Position numbers and translations under genes: made by a program. Below the pieces are notes generated by a model. The model made no database searches. It was not told the DNA's origin and saw nothing but the letters and a program-made list of their open reading frames with translations. From contig JAUCBJ010007215.1 in the NCBI GenBank assembly GCA_032718475.1, forward strand, positions 23,632 through 87,631: DNA of 64,000 nucleotides, given 5' to 3'. This DNA comes from Nemertoderma westbladi (lineage: Eukaryota; Animalia; Xenacoelomorpha). Below are positions 1 through 13,041 of this stretch, piece after piece; within the stretch, counting starts at the first letter, position 1; each line of letters starts with the position of its first letter.

Positions 1-420
1 GCTATGGATTAAATTCGCCATCACCCACCCCATAACAATTCATTTATAAATAATTAACAAGCATGGCCAGCATACGGGGTATCAGTGGTTTCTACAACAC
101 TGAATATATTTATTCTTTGAGGTATGGTTGCCATTTCTGGTAGAGCACGGGAATAACGTTGTACTTTCTTTCCTATGAGTAACTGTAAAAGGCCTAAATA
201 TGATAGTCCAGACCGTAGCGAATAAATCTTCGACCTTCCTGTAGCTAAGTGGTCTTAGGACACACACTCGGCTGATGATAACCGGAAGTTTGAAACCTAG
301 GTACCGGGTTCGAGCCCCAATAGGGGCGGTTGATATTTTTGCTATGGAGAGCATTATAAACAGAATAGTGGACATTTTAACCATTGAGAGAGCCAGCAAG
401 CAAGCAAGCCAATATGATAA

Positions 421-808
421 GAAGACCATCAGCCCCTAAGAAGGAAAGTTTCACAGAGATAGCGTCACACTTAACCTCTCAACAAGTAAGCTGGCTATAA
501 GAAGACCCTCAGCCCCTAAGAAGGATAGTTTGACTGAGTTATAGCGGCACATATACTTGACCTCTCAACCAGCAAGCTGGCTATAAGAAGACCCTCAGAA
601 GGACAGTTTGACTGAGTTATAGCGGCACATATACTTGACCTCTCAACCAGCAAGCTGGCTATAAGAAGACCCTCAGCCACTAAGAAGGACAGTTTGACTG
701 AGTTATAGCGGCACATATACTTGACCTCTCAACCAGCAAGCTGGCTATAAGAAGACCCTCAGCCACTAAGAAGGACAGTTTGACTGAGTTATAGCGGCAC
801 ATATACTT
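421..808. repeat. Tandem repeat, 78-86 bp unit, about 4.7 copies
   Basis: Unit GAAGACCCTCAG...TTTGACTGAGTTATAGCGGCACATATACTTGACCTCTCAACCAGCAAGCTGGCTATAA starts at 421 (degenerate), 501, 587, 665 and 751. Confidence 0.9.
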
Positions 809-993
809 TGATTAGTCTGTAACGCGATAATGGCAATACTGTAAGTACGTATAGGTACTGTATCAGTAGGGTGCAAATGTGGCTACAAGTATCACCCAAA
901 CCCCACATGTTAGGCAGTGCTCAATACGAAACTGGCGTAAATAAACGAGATTAGGGTAAGAATGTATCCATAGAACTCGTCGAGAGTCATGTA

Positions 994-2032
994 AATAGGT
1001 TTAATACGAAACTGGGGTTTGAACAACATACCCAGAGCCCGTCGAGATCCAATAGGTTTAATACGAAACTGGGGTTTGAACAACATACCCAGAGCCCGTC
1101 GAGATCCAATAGGTTTAATACGAAACTGGGGTTTGAACAACATACCCAGAGCCCGTCGAGATCCAATAGGTTTAATACGAAACTGGGGTTTGAACAACAT
1201 ACCCAGAGCCCGTCGAGATCCAATAGGTTTAATACGAAACTGGGGTTTGAACAACATACCCAGAGCCCGTCGAGATCCAATAGGTTTAATACGAAACTGG
1301 GGTTTGAACAACATACCCAGAGCCCGTCGAGATCCAATAGGTTTAATACGAAACTGGGGTTTGAACAACATACCCAGAGCCCGTCGAGATCCAATAGGTT
1401 TAATACGAAACTGGGGTTTGAACAACATACCCAGAGCCCGTCGAGATCCAATAGGTTTAATACGAAACTGGGGTTTGAACAACATACCCAGAGCCCGTCG
1501 AGATCCAATAGGTTTAATACGAAACTGGGGTTTGAACAACATACCCAGAGCCCGTCGAGATCCAATAGGTTTAATACGAAACTGGCGTTTGAACAACATA
1601 CCCAGAGCCCGTCGAGATCCAATAGGTTTAATACGAAACTGGGGTTTGAACAACATACCCAGAGCCCGTCGAGATCCAATAGGTTTAATACGAAACTGGG
1701 GTTTGAACAACATACCCAGAGCCCGTCGAGATCCAATAGGTTTAATACGAAACTGGGGTTTGAACAACATACCCAGAGCCCGTCGAGATCCAATAGGTTT
1801 AATACGAAACTGGGGTTTGAACAACATACCCAGAGCCCGTCGAGATCCAATAGGTTTAATACGAAACTGGGGTTTGAACAACATACCCAGAGCCCGTCGA
1901 GATCCACTAGGTTTAATACGAAACTGGGGTTTGAACAACATACCCAGAGCCCGTCGAGATCCACCAGGTTTAATACGAAACTGGGGTTTGAACAACATAC
2001 CCAGAGCCCGTCGAGATCCACTAGGTTTAATA
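994..2032. repeat. 57-bp minisatellite, 18 near-identical copies
   Basis: AATAGGTTTAATACGAAACTGGGGTTTGAACAACATACCCAGAGCCCGTCGAGATCC head to tail, with no spacers and only a few substitutions. Confidence 0.97.
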
Positions 2033-2994
2033 TGGTCTGGATAAGAAAAACATATCCACACAGACCATAAAAACAAATTAGTCAGGATAATTTCGATGCA
2101 AATTCGAATTTATCGGTGCATTTCAAAAGTAAATGTAAACTTTTAAATGTACTTCCATATTTTAATGGTTAGGAACCATGGCCCATGTTAAGCAGTTCTC
2201 CATGGTTACAAGATACCATTAAGAGACTGCTGAGTATGCCGATGGTTGAGAAACCACTAAGTGTTTCAGGTTAAGCAGTTTCATATTCACTGTATAACTT
2301 ACTATAATATAAATAGTATTACTTATAGTAACTTTAGTACTTTATAATAAATTATTATATTGCCATACAATAAGCTTTTAAACAAATCATAATGTCTATA
2401 ACGTAATGATTGACAGTTAATCTGACAATGCGGGTTGTGATTAAATGCAAACTTGACGTCTGCGTTGATCAGGATAGTCCGCTTATTGAGTCGTTCTCAG
2501 GAATAATAGGCAGGCAGTATTAATGGATACGGAAGGCAATAAGCTTGTCCCGGTCCACTGCACTGGGTAATGTTAATGAATCAGGAAGATAATATGCATG
2601 TTTTGGACCACTGCGCCAGCCAAAACATACTGGTTTTACAGTAAGACTCAGAAGTGCTTGTAATTAAAAGCCCCTCCCTAAATGCGTGTAAACTAATAAT
2701 AAAGTTATGAGGTGTGAATAAGCAGCAGGGCTTCCCTACCTGATTAGGGGCTTCCCTACCTGCTTAGGCCCAGTTACATTTGTATTTGAACCTGCTCACA
2801 CGCATGAGCTATTATCCAATATCAAGCCAATCAATGCATGACATTAATGGTGGTGGGGTTAGTATAAGAAATGATTTTAAGTTATTCGAAGATGATACAA
2901 ATCAATCCATTTTTAACCAATGCTACCACAATAACCACACCTACATACAAACGTATAGGTCAGCCCAGTTGCTAGCACTGATATACGTGTAGAC

Positions 2995-3240
2995 ATGCTG
3001 AGAAATGGAAGATCACTTCCGCACAAATTTTTAGGGAAACCACCAAACATCGAGGTCAGCTTTCAAGAACAAGGAACATATATGACAAGACTCAATCCCT
3101 ATAAAATGAGGACATTACACCTGCCCAACTCCAGAGAAGCATTAAAAGTACGTCTAATCATAAAGCAAGTAGATTAGATGTCATCAGTTCAGAGGTGTGG
3201 AAAACATGACTGCCGAACATACCAAAATTGGATGTTGGCA
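2995..3240 (+). pseudogene. Highly decayed LINE (RTE-like) pre-RT fragment
   Basis: Frameshifted pieces read like KWKDHF..LGKPPN...LDVISSEVWK, matching the WKAHFEKLLN...EVFK segment of the LINE at 10.4-10.7 kb. Confidence 0.35.
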
Positions 3241-3263
3241 ACCGGATAATGAAAGGGGAAAAG

Positions 3264-4480
3264 CTACAAACGTGTATAAGTGCCATCCAGAGATTTGGTA
3301 TCCTCTGTAGTTAGTGCCCAGCATGGACTCCCATATAAGAGTACTGGTTCTACTGCTGTCATAAAGGATCGAACCTTGAAATACAGTTTTATTATATGAC
3401 TTCCAAATCCTGGACAGACTATTGTATGATGCACATGCCTTTCCCTTATGTATCCGAAGGTCCCTGGCCCCGAGGATCCCAAGTAGCAGAAGTTATCCAC
3501 ATGCTCAAGCAAGCTATCACTGGAGCTTATGCCCTTACAATCAGACATGTCTTGAGGGCTGTCAAGGTTCAATATCATAAAAATTGTCTTCTTGGAGTTT
3601 ACAAAAAGACCAACACTAGTAGCAACCTGCTCCAACGAGAAGAGGAGGCCTGGTTATTCCTCTAGTAATTCTTTCAGAACCCCTAAGTCAACAGCAAAGT
3701 CTAGATCAGTAAGGTACTTTGCTGGATTTCATCTACTTGTAGTGCTTGTAGGGGCTGTTTCCATCAACCCATATTTATTAAGATGATCTAAGTACATGTG
3801 TAGAACATAATCAACCACAATTACAAATAAGAATGGTGCAAGTGTGTCCCCCTGAAGGACTCCAGATAAGACTTCGAATAGATTTTCCTCCCAGCGAGCA
3901 GGTTTATTGGTTTCTATGCCTTGCCAGTTATCATCAGCATTATTAATGGCAGTAACCTGCTTATTGATAAGTTCCTGCCAATAAATCAGAGTACTGCCTG
4001 TTAAGGGACCTAAATGTTGCCTTAATATGGCTTATCCTTGGCTGCCTAGTGTGTCTGAGCCAGCAGGACTCAGAGAGTTCACTTTTGCCATTTCCGAATT
4101 CTGTGGTCAGTCCAAGGGTCCTTTTTATGTTTCGAGGGTATGTAGGAACTGTTCCTACAGCTGCTAACTTTGTATACCAACAAACTGTCATGAAATCAGT
4201 CTCCATGTGATTGCTGCTAAAGATAGAGAATTTACAGACACTGCTGCATAAGAGCCAAAATTGATTTTGTCCAAATTGATTATCAACAGGCTCAGATACA
4301 ATCACTGGAGTAGAACAAGATATCTCAACCATACACCTAGCATTGATGCACGACTTTGTCTATGCCTTGTTTGACACTGCACAACATTGACCTAGACCTC
4401 CATGTGTGGATCTGAGTGATCCTCTTAAGGGAGTCAGAGCCAGTTCGATCTGGCTCTGAGCACAAGAGCTCATGTTTCAG
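3264..4480 (-). mobile_element. Degenerate RTE-like non-LTR retrotransposon
   Basis: Minus strand gives GVLQGDTLAPFLFVIVVDY, DLDFAVDL, FCYLGS and PVLLYGSPCWALT, the same family as 9.4-12.2 kb; many stops and a deletion. Confidence 0.85.
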
Positions 4481-5365
4481 AGGTGATTTGCCCCCAAAGC
4501 CCCCTAAACACAACACTCCATACAACATATTTTCGAAATGTTGTGCTGGAGAGTCATATCAAACAGGAAGATCACTATAGGCAGCAACAGGAGGCTGTAT
4601 ACTCATTACTGCATAAATCGGAGGTGAACTGTGAGCTTGAAGTGAAATTATGGCCCATGGGATGGAGTAAACAATATTATTATTATTAAATACAATATAG
4701 GAAGGAGTTCACTGTCCATCCTGGATGCAGGCAAAGATTGGACGTGGGTGAAGATTGGACACGGGCAATGATTGCACATAAACTTTGCCTGTATCCCAAG
4801 TAATATAACACAGTGTAAACCTACAAGTTCGTACATAATTGACTTGTACTGATATACTAATTTCATTGAATTTTGTTGTCTGCTTTCATACTTTACAAAT
4901 GCTTTTGGGCCTAAAAGCAACCATCATTAAAAGAAGCTTTACATCTTGTATAGGCTGGTCTTAGTCTAGGGATCTCACCCATCTCATCAAGAGTTCTCAT
5001 CCGCATCGTCTGATCTGTTTTTCCACTGTGAATCATCATAAAAGACATGGAATGGAACCTATGGCCCATGTAGTGGAAGAATTGATACTGTGAAACATTT
5101 GACATCATTATGTCAAATGATCAGATCATTATGCTTTAATATAAATTCAGTAGGTATTTATTTAATGTAATGTACTTGTCTCACTGTACGTACAAGATCA
5201 TTTATAAAAATCACAAACTTTTGTAAATGGTTTAGCCTCATAATAAAATGAGAAAATATTATTTTCTTATATGCATATTTTCTTATTTTCTTGAAAGTTT
5301 GATATTTTATTGAAGGAAGATAAATTGGATTATCAGCAAATCTTGTCAACTTTAAGTTTTAAATG

Positions 5366-5560
5366 TTATTCATTGAAGAAAATAAATCTGTCCAATGCAA
5401 TTCGACCAGAATTGAAGATACCAACCAATGAGAATCCAAGAAGCTGCAGTAGTTGTACCACCAGGTTGAGTGGAGAGAAATCGCCCGAATTGGAAGAGGT
5501 TAGTGAATACATTCGCGTTCTGCCAAAACTTTGCGATTCGTATTCTATAGCCATCAATAA
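5366..5560 (-). pseudogene. Possible hAT transposase C-terminal dimerisation-domain remnant
   Basis: KFWQNANVFTNLFQFGRFLSTQPGGTTT resembles the W....FPxL..LA...L..PxT motif, followed in another frame by LDRFIFFNE. Confidence 0.35.
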
Positions 5561-5619
5561 AATAAATATACTGTACAATATTTATTTCAGCTTTAAATGG
5601 GGGTGAAATCACTTGCATC

Positions 5620-5800
5620 GCTCTATCGAATAAGAAAAATAAATAAAATAAAACAGTTTATTGCTTTTGCCGAAGGGATAGATCTCACTGGGAATGTTCT
5701 GGTTGATAAAATATTATCCATATTCTTTCAGAATAAGTTATTAATACAGATGGACTGGGTTATGATGGGGCTGCGAAATTTAAGGGTCTATTTAACGACC
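5620..5800 (+). pseudogene. hAT transposase core remnant
   Basis: FIAFAEGIDLTGNVLVDKIL followed after a frameshift by GYDGAAKFKG, resembling the hAT YDGAxxMxG catalytic motif. Confidence 0.5.
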
Positions 5801-6394
5801 ATGTACATTTACTTTCAAAGCAACATATTTTTGGGCTTCCCCAACTGGGGATGGTGAAACAGCTAGATGTAGACAACACCTTAGGTCTATATGTAAACCA
5901 CAATGGTTATTTCATCATGTTTGAAGATGTTTGACGCATTATATCCATCCATTGTAACTGCACTTGGTTATTTTGCAGAAGCTAATGATGATAGTATAGT
6001 TCTTCATTAAGTTATACATTCTTATGGCTGTCACCATGAACCTCTCTGTGCACCTACAGAAAGTGAAGATTGATCTCATATAGTATAGAATCCTAAAATA
6101 TAGAAGAGGTGAGCCTGATTCCATGGTACCTGCCATGGAATTAATTTTTATTGATTACTCTTATTCGTGGCTTAATAGGAAAAAACTAATATCCCAGCTA
6201 AGATCAACTAGTATAAAAGTCGAATACCTTCATTTTAAATTTCAGTATGCAGTAGGATAACTCCTGATTTCATATTTTTTCCATAAAATACCTGTGATTA
6301 AAGGACACTATCAATATTATTATTATTATTATAAAATATAATTATATTATTCTAAGTTATAGATGATGTCGTCTTAAGGCAAATGCTGCTCTTT

Positions 6395-7320
6395 GTGCCT
6401 TTGTGGAGGCCATAGAGACTGGCGGGCGTGACCACGTGACCACGTCGCCAGCCTCAAAACAGCCCTTGTCGAGTGTCGACAGACACAGGACGCCGCCTGT
6501 AAGGCCAAATTCAAGGCCTCTCTGGCGGCGTTCCCACCTGATCGGCACCAAACTGTCAGCCGGGCGGCGAAATACAAGACTGGTGGATGGCTCTCCACGC
6601 AACCCTCGCCCATAGACCACACCGACCTGGACCCGCAGTCTTTTCGGGACAACCTCGTGTTGTGGTATAGTATGGCGCCCCCAGACCTTCCAGTTAACTG
6701 CGAGGGCTGCGGCGAGCCCTTCGACACTGTGCACACTCTCAGCTGCAAGGTCGTTGGGCTAGTTATTCGCCGGCACAATGAGATCCGGGATGTGTTTGGT
6801 GACCTTCTTGCGGAGGCCTCGGTGAGACTAACGTCGAGGGAGAGGTCACCCTGGCCGGAGGTCACCCTGGCCGAAGGTCACCTGGTCTCGGATGGGCAGG
6901 ATTTGGTATCCAGGGGTGTTTGGGCGAACCAGGTAGTGGCATCTTTCGACGTATCGATTATAAATCTCGACGCCACTTCCTATGTTCGCTCCAACGCCTC
7001 AACGGAGACCTTACTCGCCCAGAGGGCGCGGGTCAAGCAGTCCCACTACCAGCAGGCCTGTGGCAGGATGCACTTCACCCCGTTGGTGTGTTCCACCGAC
7101 GGTGTGTTGGGTGCGGAGGCGGCTGTATTCATCGGGCACCTTGCGGAGACCCTATGCTCTAAGAGGGTCGGGATGAGATAGTGGGGTTTGGGAGAGGTTT
7201 TGGGTGCGGTGACGCGGCGGCTGCAGTTTGGTCTCCTTCGGGCGACCTCTCTGTGCCTCTCTGTAGGAGGCCGTGGCGGGGCCTCGGGTTTGGGGATGGG
7301 GTGGGGATTCGGGGTGTTGA
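6395..7320 (+). mobile_element. 5'-truncated decayed CRE-like non-LTR retrotransposon (CCHC + restriction-like endonuclease)
   Basis: CEGCGEPFDTVHTLSC, RHNEIRD, DLVSRGVW, FDVSI and FTPLVCSTDG are colinear with the C-terminus of ORF 45913-49413; GC-rich island next to (TTA)n. Confidence 0.85.
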
Positions 7321-7356
7321 CCCAGATATGTACTGATTACATATCTGTGACCATGG

Positions 7357-7818
7357 CACTATTTTCATAATATTTCCTCAGAAACTTATTTTATGCTACT
7401 TTTGTTAGGTGGATATTATGACTAGGGTTCATAGAAATGTAATAAAATGCCTTTCTGGAATTTTTATCTTGTAGTTGCCAAGGTAACCAGGTGCAAAGTT
7501 CTAACTTTGCGCGCCTTTATTTCAAGGCGACAATGGATTCTTCCCTTGAGATTTGGTAGGTGATTAAAGGGAATAAAAGTCTATCAAAATATTTTACATT
7601 TGAATTTGTTTACATTCCCGTTGCCATGGAAATAAGTATAATGAAAAATTTGTCTACCAATTTTATAAACCACCATTTTTATTCGGTTTGTCAGTCTAAA
7701 TCAAGCAAAAAAATTCCAGAAAGACATTTTATTAAATTTCTATGAACCCTAGTCATCATATCCACCTAACTAAAGTTGCCTAAGAGAGGTTTCTAAGAAA
7801 ATGTTATGAAAATAGTGT
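7357..7818. mobile_element. Foldback/MITE-like element with ~105-bp imperfect inverted repeats
   Basis: 7357-7465 (CACTATTTTCATAA...ATGACTAGGGTTCATAGAAAT...TTTCTGGAATTTTT) is the approximate reverse complement of 7709-7818. Confidence 0.7.
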
Positions 7819-9039
7819 TATAAATAGGGAAACGATCGCCCCACGCTAATTTCAGGAATCCACTCGCTGCATGACATGTTATTTAGTACACCTTGGGGAA
7901 AACAGACCTCCAGAACTCAATTTTCAGTTGAGACTTTTCAGACTGCTTACATTCTTATTGTCTAGTCACCTACCCTACATTTGTCATTAAAAGTTACAGA
8001 AAATGTTAAATTTGACTTTGTTCTTATCCAATTTTGTCTTTGTGGGATGGTAATCGGTCCGCATTTTTTCAATCTCACACGAGAGGGCGAAATTTCTGAA
8101 AAAGATGACTTTCCCCAGGTCGATGATCTTAACCGGCATCTTGGAATACATGTACTAGACCACATTCTGCGTCTTCATGAGGAAGGAGTTAGGTCTGCAG
8201 TTCTCCAGTCTACCGTTAGAGTTATTGTTATTATTATTGTTATTTTGAAATATATCAAACTTAAAATCTTCTACCATTTCCGTAATTTTAATACGTTTAA
8301 GCTGAATCTTGGCATATATGTACTAGACCACATGTCTTTGTGTGGAAGGTGATCAATGCAGGATTCTCAGTTCTGCTGCTAGAGAGCGAAATATATGAAA
8401 GTACATCGTTACCTACCACCATTACCTTGATTTCAATATGCTTAAGTTTGAACTTGAAATATACAAAATAGAAAACTGGCTGCATCTTTGTGGAAATAGA
8501 AAACTGGCTGCATCTTTGCGGGGATGCTGCTACATCTATACTTCTAAAGTTAGAGGGCGAAATGAAAACACAGGTATTCTGCCAAGAATTGAATCAAAGT
8601 TGAAAGCCGAGATTTTGATTGTACGTCATCTTCCAAAGGCATCAAGATATTATCAACAGAACAGCCTTGCCATTTTGCATTAATGCTGACGCTAAAAGTA
8701 TGGGTCAAAGATGCAGAAAAATTGCATAAAACCAATTACATTAGCGGCTCTACATTAGACATCATCCAATTATGTGATTATATCACGGCATCCTAACAAG
8801 CCTACTGCCCATCCTACTACGTTAATCCCAAATAATCCCCCAGCAGCTCCGAACACATGGAGTGTCGGATAACATAATAATGGATAATGATGATGGGATG
8901 ATAAGGAGACTTAATAATCCTTATAAACTGAGGAATTAGAAAGAATCATCGGAGAAAACCTAAAATATAATGCTGATGAAATATCCTCACCTTGGCAAAG
9001 ATCAGGTCAGGTATTCTAGGTCATTGATCAAGAAAACTT

Positions 9040-12000
9040 GCCACCTCCATGCAGCATAAAGGAGGTGCCACCTGTAGCTGCATAGACCCTCTTACTAGGG
9101 CAAATCTGGCCCTGTAACTAGGACACCCTTCGTTCTGGGATAAGGACGCCCTTGGTCCTGGATTAAGGACCCATATACTTGGCTGCAGGGGTATATGGCC
9201 TGGCCAGGCAGATGGTGATCTACCAATGGCTGGTCAGGAGTAGAGTGTTCTCATGTCCACTCTGAGTGCACTTCACTGCGACCTGCACCTGGCAGCAGGG
9301 GTACAGGGCATGACCCAGCAGATGAGCTGCACAGCCAATGGTGGGTCATGTGCGCCAGAGTAGATATGGGTGATGGGCCTCATATCTGACTCCACTGCGA
9401 CACCCACCCTGTGGAATGGCAAACCAGGGTGTGGTATTTGCCCCGAGAGCTGACTCGGCAAAAAAGCACCCACCAATCCCCACTATGGATTACATTAGTA
9501 ATGCGGAGGTCCAGCCACTAAAGGCCAGTGGAATGACTGGACACAATCGGCCTCACAGGCGTCAGTTATCTCCTGACCGGCTGCCTGTCTCACCCCCTAT
9601 TGGAGAGAGAGCGGCAAACAATTCTTTGAGTCCCTTTCCTGATGACCTTTCTGGCCCAAACCCTGGGTCACCAGGGAGGCCATATTGTGAGGGGGAGAGG
9701 GATTCTGGAGTTGGAGGCTACTCTCATGTTCCACCCCGACCAACAAAGCCATTGGTGAATCTGAGGCAAGTCACTCGACTAGCCTCAGTAAACACCCTAA
9801 CACTCGGGTCCCCAATGCGACAAGGTGAGCTGACTGCCTTGGCAGATAAGCTTTCTCTTAGTGCAGTGGGTGTTCAAGAGCACCAAATGCAGACTGGACA
9901 GACTGATGAGGTTCTGATTAAGGACATGGGGGCGGTTGGCGACTAGCCCTCGCATCAGCAGATGATAGTGGCAATGGTGGAATTGGTCTATTGATTCTGA
10001 TTGTGTGCTACTCTCCAACTAGTGTTGCCCAGAATTTCTACCAGAATCTACAAGCAGCTACTGATGGAGTGGATCAGCATGCATTCTTAACATTCCTGGG
10101 AGACTTTAATGCAAGTCTGCATCAATCACCTATATCGCCCTGGGTCTATAGCAATAGTGTCAACCTTCAGACTTCAGAAGTGCCGAAATGACCTCTACAA
10201 GGCGCAGAAAGAGTCCTGACTCAAACAGACTACAGCGGCCAAGAATGCAGTTAAGGCTGCATCTAGGTCCCTGAACAGGCAGTACTCTGTTAATTTACAG
10301 GAGCTAATAAACCAACAGGTTGATGCCATCAATGATGCTGACGACAAAAGGCAATCATCCCAGGCATGGACATAGATCAACTTGCTTGCTGGTCGAAAAA
10401 GCCAACCAACCACCAAGGTTAAGGCTGAATCACTAGCCAATCGCCTCAATGGTTGGAAGGCCCACTTTGAAAAGCTCCTCAATAATGACAGGGTATTGCC
10501 TGATAACTTTATAGAAGTAAAAGTGTCTGAGTCTGTACTCCCAGATATTCCCATTGGCGATATCTCCTTTGCAGAAGTGAAGGCTGCTGCAAAGAGCTTT
10601 AAGACCAATCGTGCAGTGGAGTAAATGGTGTTCCCGTGAGGTCTTTAAAATACCTGAGTGTTTAAAGCTCATCTATCCCATCATAGTAGACATGTACCGA
10701 ACAACAAGAGTCCCACAAGAAATGAAAACAAATAAGTTTGTGCCAGTTCCCAAGAAAGGCAACCTAACACTCTATGGTTCTTTTCGGGGAATCTCATTGA
10801 TCTCGATTGCTGCAAAGCTATACAATAGAATTCTATTAAATCGCATCAGGGATCCCATTGAGAGACTGCTGCGTGGAAATCAGAATGGGTTCCGTAAAGG
10901 TCGTGGGACCATGGAGCCCATTCTGGCACTTAGAAGGATAATTGAAGAGTTATCAAAAAAGACAGGCATCTGGCTGTTATCTTTGTTGACTTCTTCAAGG
11001 CCTTTGATTCAGTCTCTCGCTCACGTATGTTCAGCATACTTTCATTATATGGGATTCCTGATGAAATTATTGCAGCAATCAGATCAGTATACGATGGTTC
11101 GACAACATTTGTGTCTACTGTTGACGGTGACACAGAACCATTTGAAGTGTTATGGGGCGACCTCCAGGGAGACACACTTGCACCATTCTTGTTCATAATT
11201 GTAGTTGACTATGTTCTACGCATGTCCTTAGATCATCATAATGATGATGGGGTGATGATATCTCCACCTACTGGCTCCAGAAGTCGAGGAAATAGTATCG
11301 AGGAAAAGTACATAACTGATCTAGACTTTGCTGATGACTTAGGAGTACTCTCAGAATCACTAGAGGGAGCCCAACGGCTCCTCAGCTCATTAGAACATGC
11401 TGCCTCTAGTGTTGGTCTTTTTATTAACTCCAGAAAGACCAAAATTTTGACAGTTAACTTTGAAAGTCATCAGCAAGTCTCTGATCGGATGAGCATAAGC
11501 TCAAAAGATGGTATGCTTGAGCATGTGGATGACTTCTATTACCTGGGATCATGGATCCGGTGAGGACCTTCGAATACATAAGGGAAAGGCATCGGCAGCC
11601 TTCAATAGGCTTTCCAGGATTTGGAAGTCAACGAGAAATAATCGGAAACTTAAGGTCCGATTATTTAGAGCAGCAGTAGTTCCAGTACTCGTCTATGGGA
11701 GTCCATGCTGGGCTCTAACAGCTGAGGACACCAAATCTCTGGATGGCACATTCACAAGAATGCTACGCCGGGTTCATTGTGTCAAGTTCAATGCACACAT
11801 CTCCAACCAGACACTATATAACATTGGAGGTGTCTCATTGGTTCCCCCAAGCTTGACACTAGAACAGAATCGCCTCCGCGTTGCAGGGCATTGCTTTCGC
11901 CGTGAGGACCAGCCAGTGCATGCATAATCTTGTACTTTGACAGCCTCATGGAGTGAATAAGCATGGTGGACAGCCCATGACTTTCTTGAGACGCATCTTA

Positions 12001-12153
12001 AAGGACACTGGCCTTGAAGATGCGGATGATCTAGCAAATGTCATGGGTGATAGGGAGTTGTGGCGGTGCAATTTTGTCGATAAGCCGGCACAGCATTCTT
12101 AAAAATGCAGCTGCAATGCAGCATGCCGATCCTAGTAGTAGTAGTAGTAGTAG
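9040..12153 (+). mobile_element. RTE-like LINE (APE + RT), decayed, with (TAG)n tail; 5' boundary approximate
   Basis: APE motifs VGVQEH, YSPT and LGDFNA; RT motifs FRGISL, QNGFR, QGDTLAPFLF, DFADD and YLGS; several frameshifts and stops; (TAG)7 at 12133-12153. Confidence 0.9.
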
Positions 12154-13041
12154 CTTACATTCTTTGTCAATAGTATAATAAACATTTTCTGCCTATAGAA
12201 ATCTACTTAACTTTAACCTTACTAGGACTGTCAGCACTGCTTCCTTCTCAGATTGATAGTTCCACAACAATTAACATTGCATCAGAAAGTGATGTCGGCA
12301 TTGGTCAGAAACCCCACACTCTTCATCATTTCTTCTATTGCCTTATCTTTTTCACTTTGTCAATGTCAATAGCTTCCTCTGAGTATAGGTTTTCTGCCTT
12401 GGAACTGTAGACATTATAACTAATAGTAAAGATAAAATTTGGTTAAAATACTAGAAAGGCATTTCCTAAAGGAAATGCAACCACGAAGCTAAGGAAAATT
12501 AAACAAACGGCCACAATTTGGTTCGTTGCTTAGCCTAGTTTAGTAGCATTTGCTAATAATTAACTTCCATTCCCATGGAAACTAGAGTTCTCTGGAACTT
12601 TTGGTTTAACCTTTGAAAAAAGATTCAGTCCAGATTGTGGTTCAGATAACATATACCGAGTTTCAGAAAATATTGCAATTATGTCCAAATTACTGATTTT
12701 CTATCAATATGCATCTGTTTGCAGTGGTTGCCATGGAAACTGAAAAATAGAAACTAATAAATAAATAAACTCAAGTTACTACGGTAACTAGATATTTCTG
12801 GAATGTTTTGAGTTTCACTAAAAGTTCCAACTAGTGGTCCAGATCAGAACACATACCCAGTTTCATAAAATTTTATCGCGAAGTCTATGTCAAAATGAGT
12901 ATTTTTTGTATAAAAACATCTGTTTTCAGCGGTTGTCATGGTAACTGCAAAATAGAACAATGTAATTCGGATGCAGAATAAGTTATATAGTGGGGGTAGT
13001 TGGTCCCAAGTCATAACACCTTAACCTTAGGCTTCAAATTA

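Noticed and set aside
910-2076. Three 340-390 aa ORFs and a CRISPR-like appearance
   Set aside because: A 57-bp unit (multiple of 3) without stops gives open frames automatically; there are no unique spacers, no cas genes, and the context is eukaryotic.
4650-5110. Possible coding remnant on the minus strand
   Set aside because: Stops in all frames and no motif I recognise.
7980-8700. Possible host exons (LGIHVLDH / LGIYVLDH duplicated)
   Set aside because: No consistent splice chain or recognisable product; would need RNA-seq or homology evidence.
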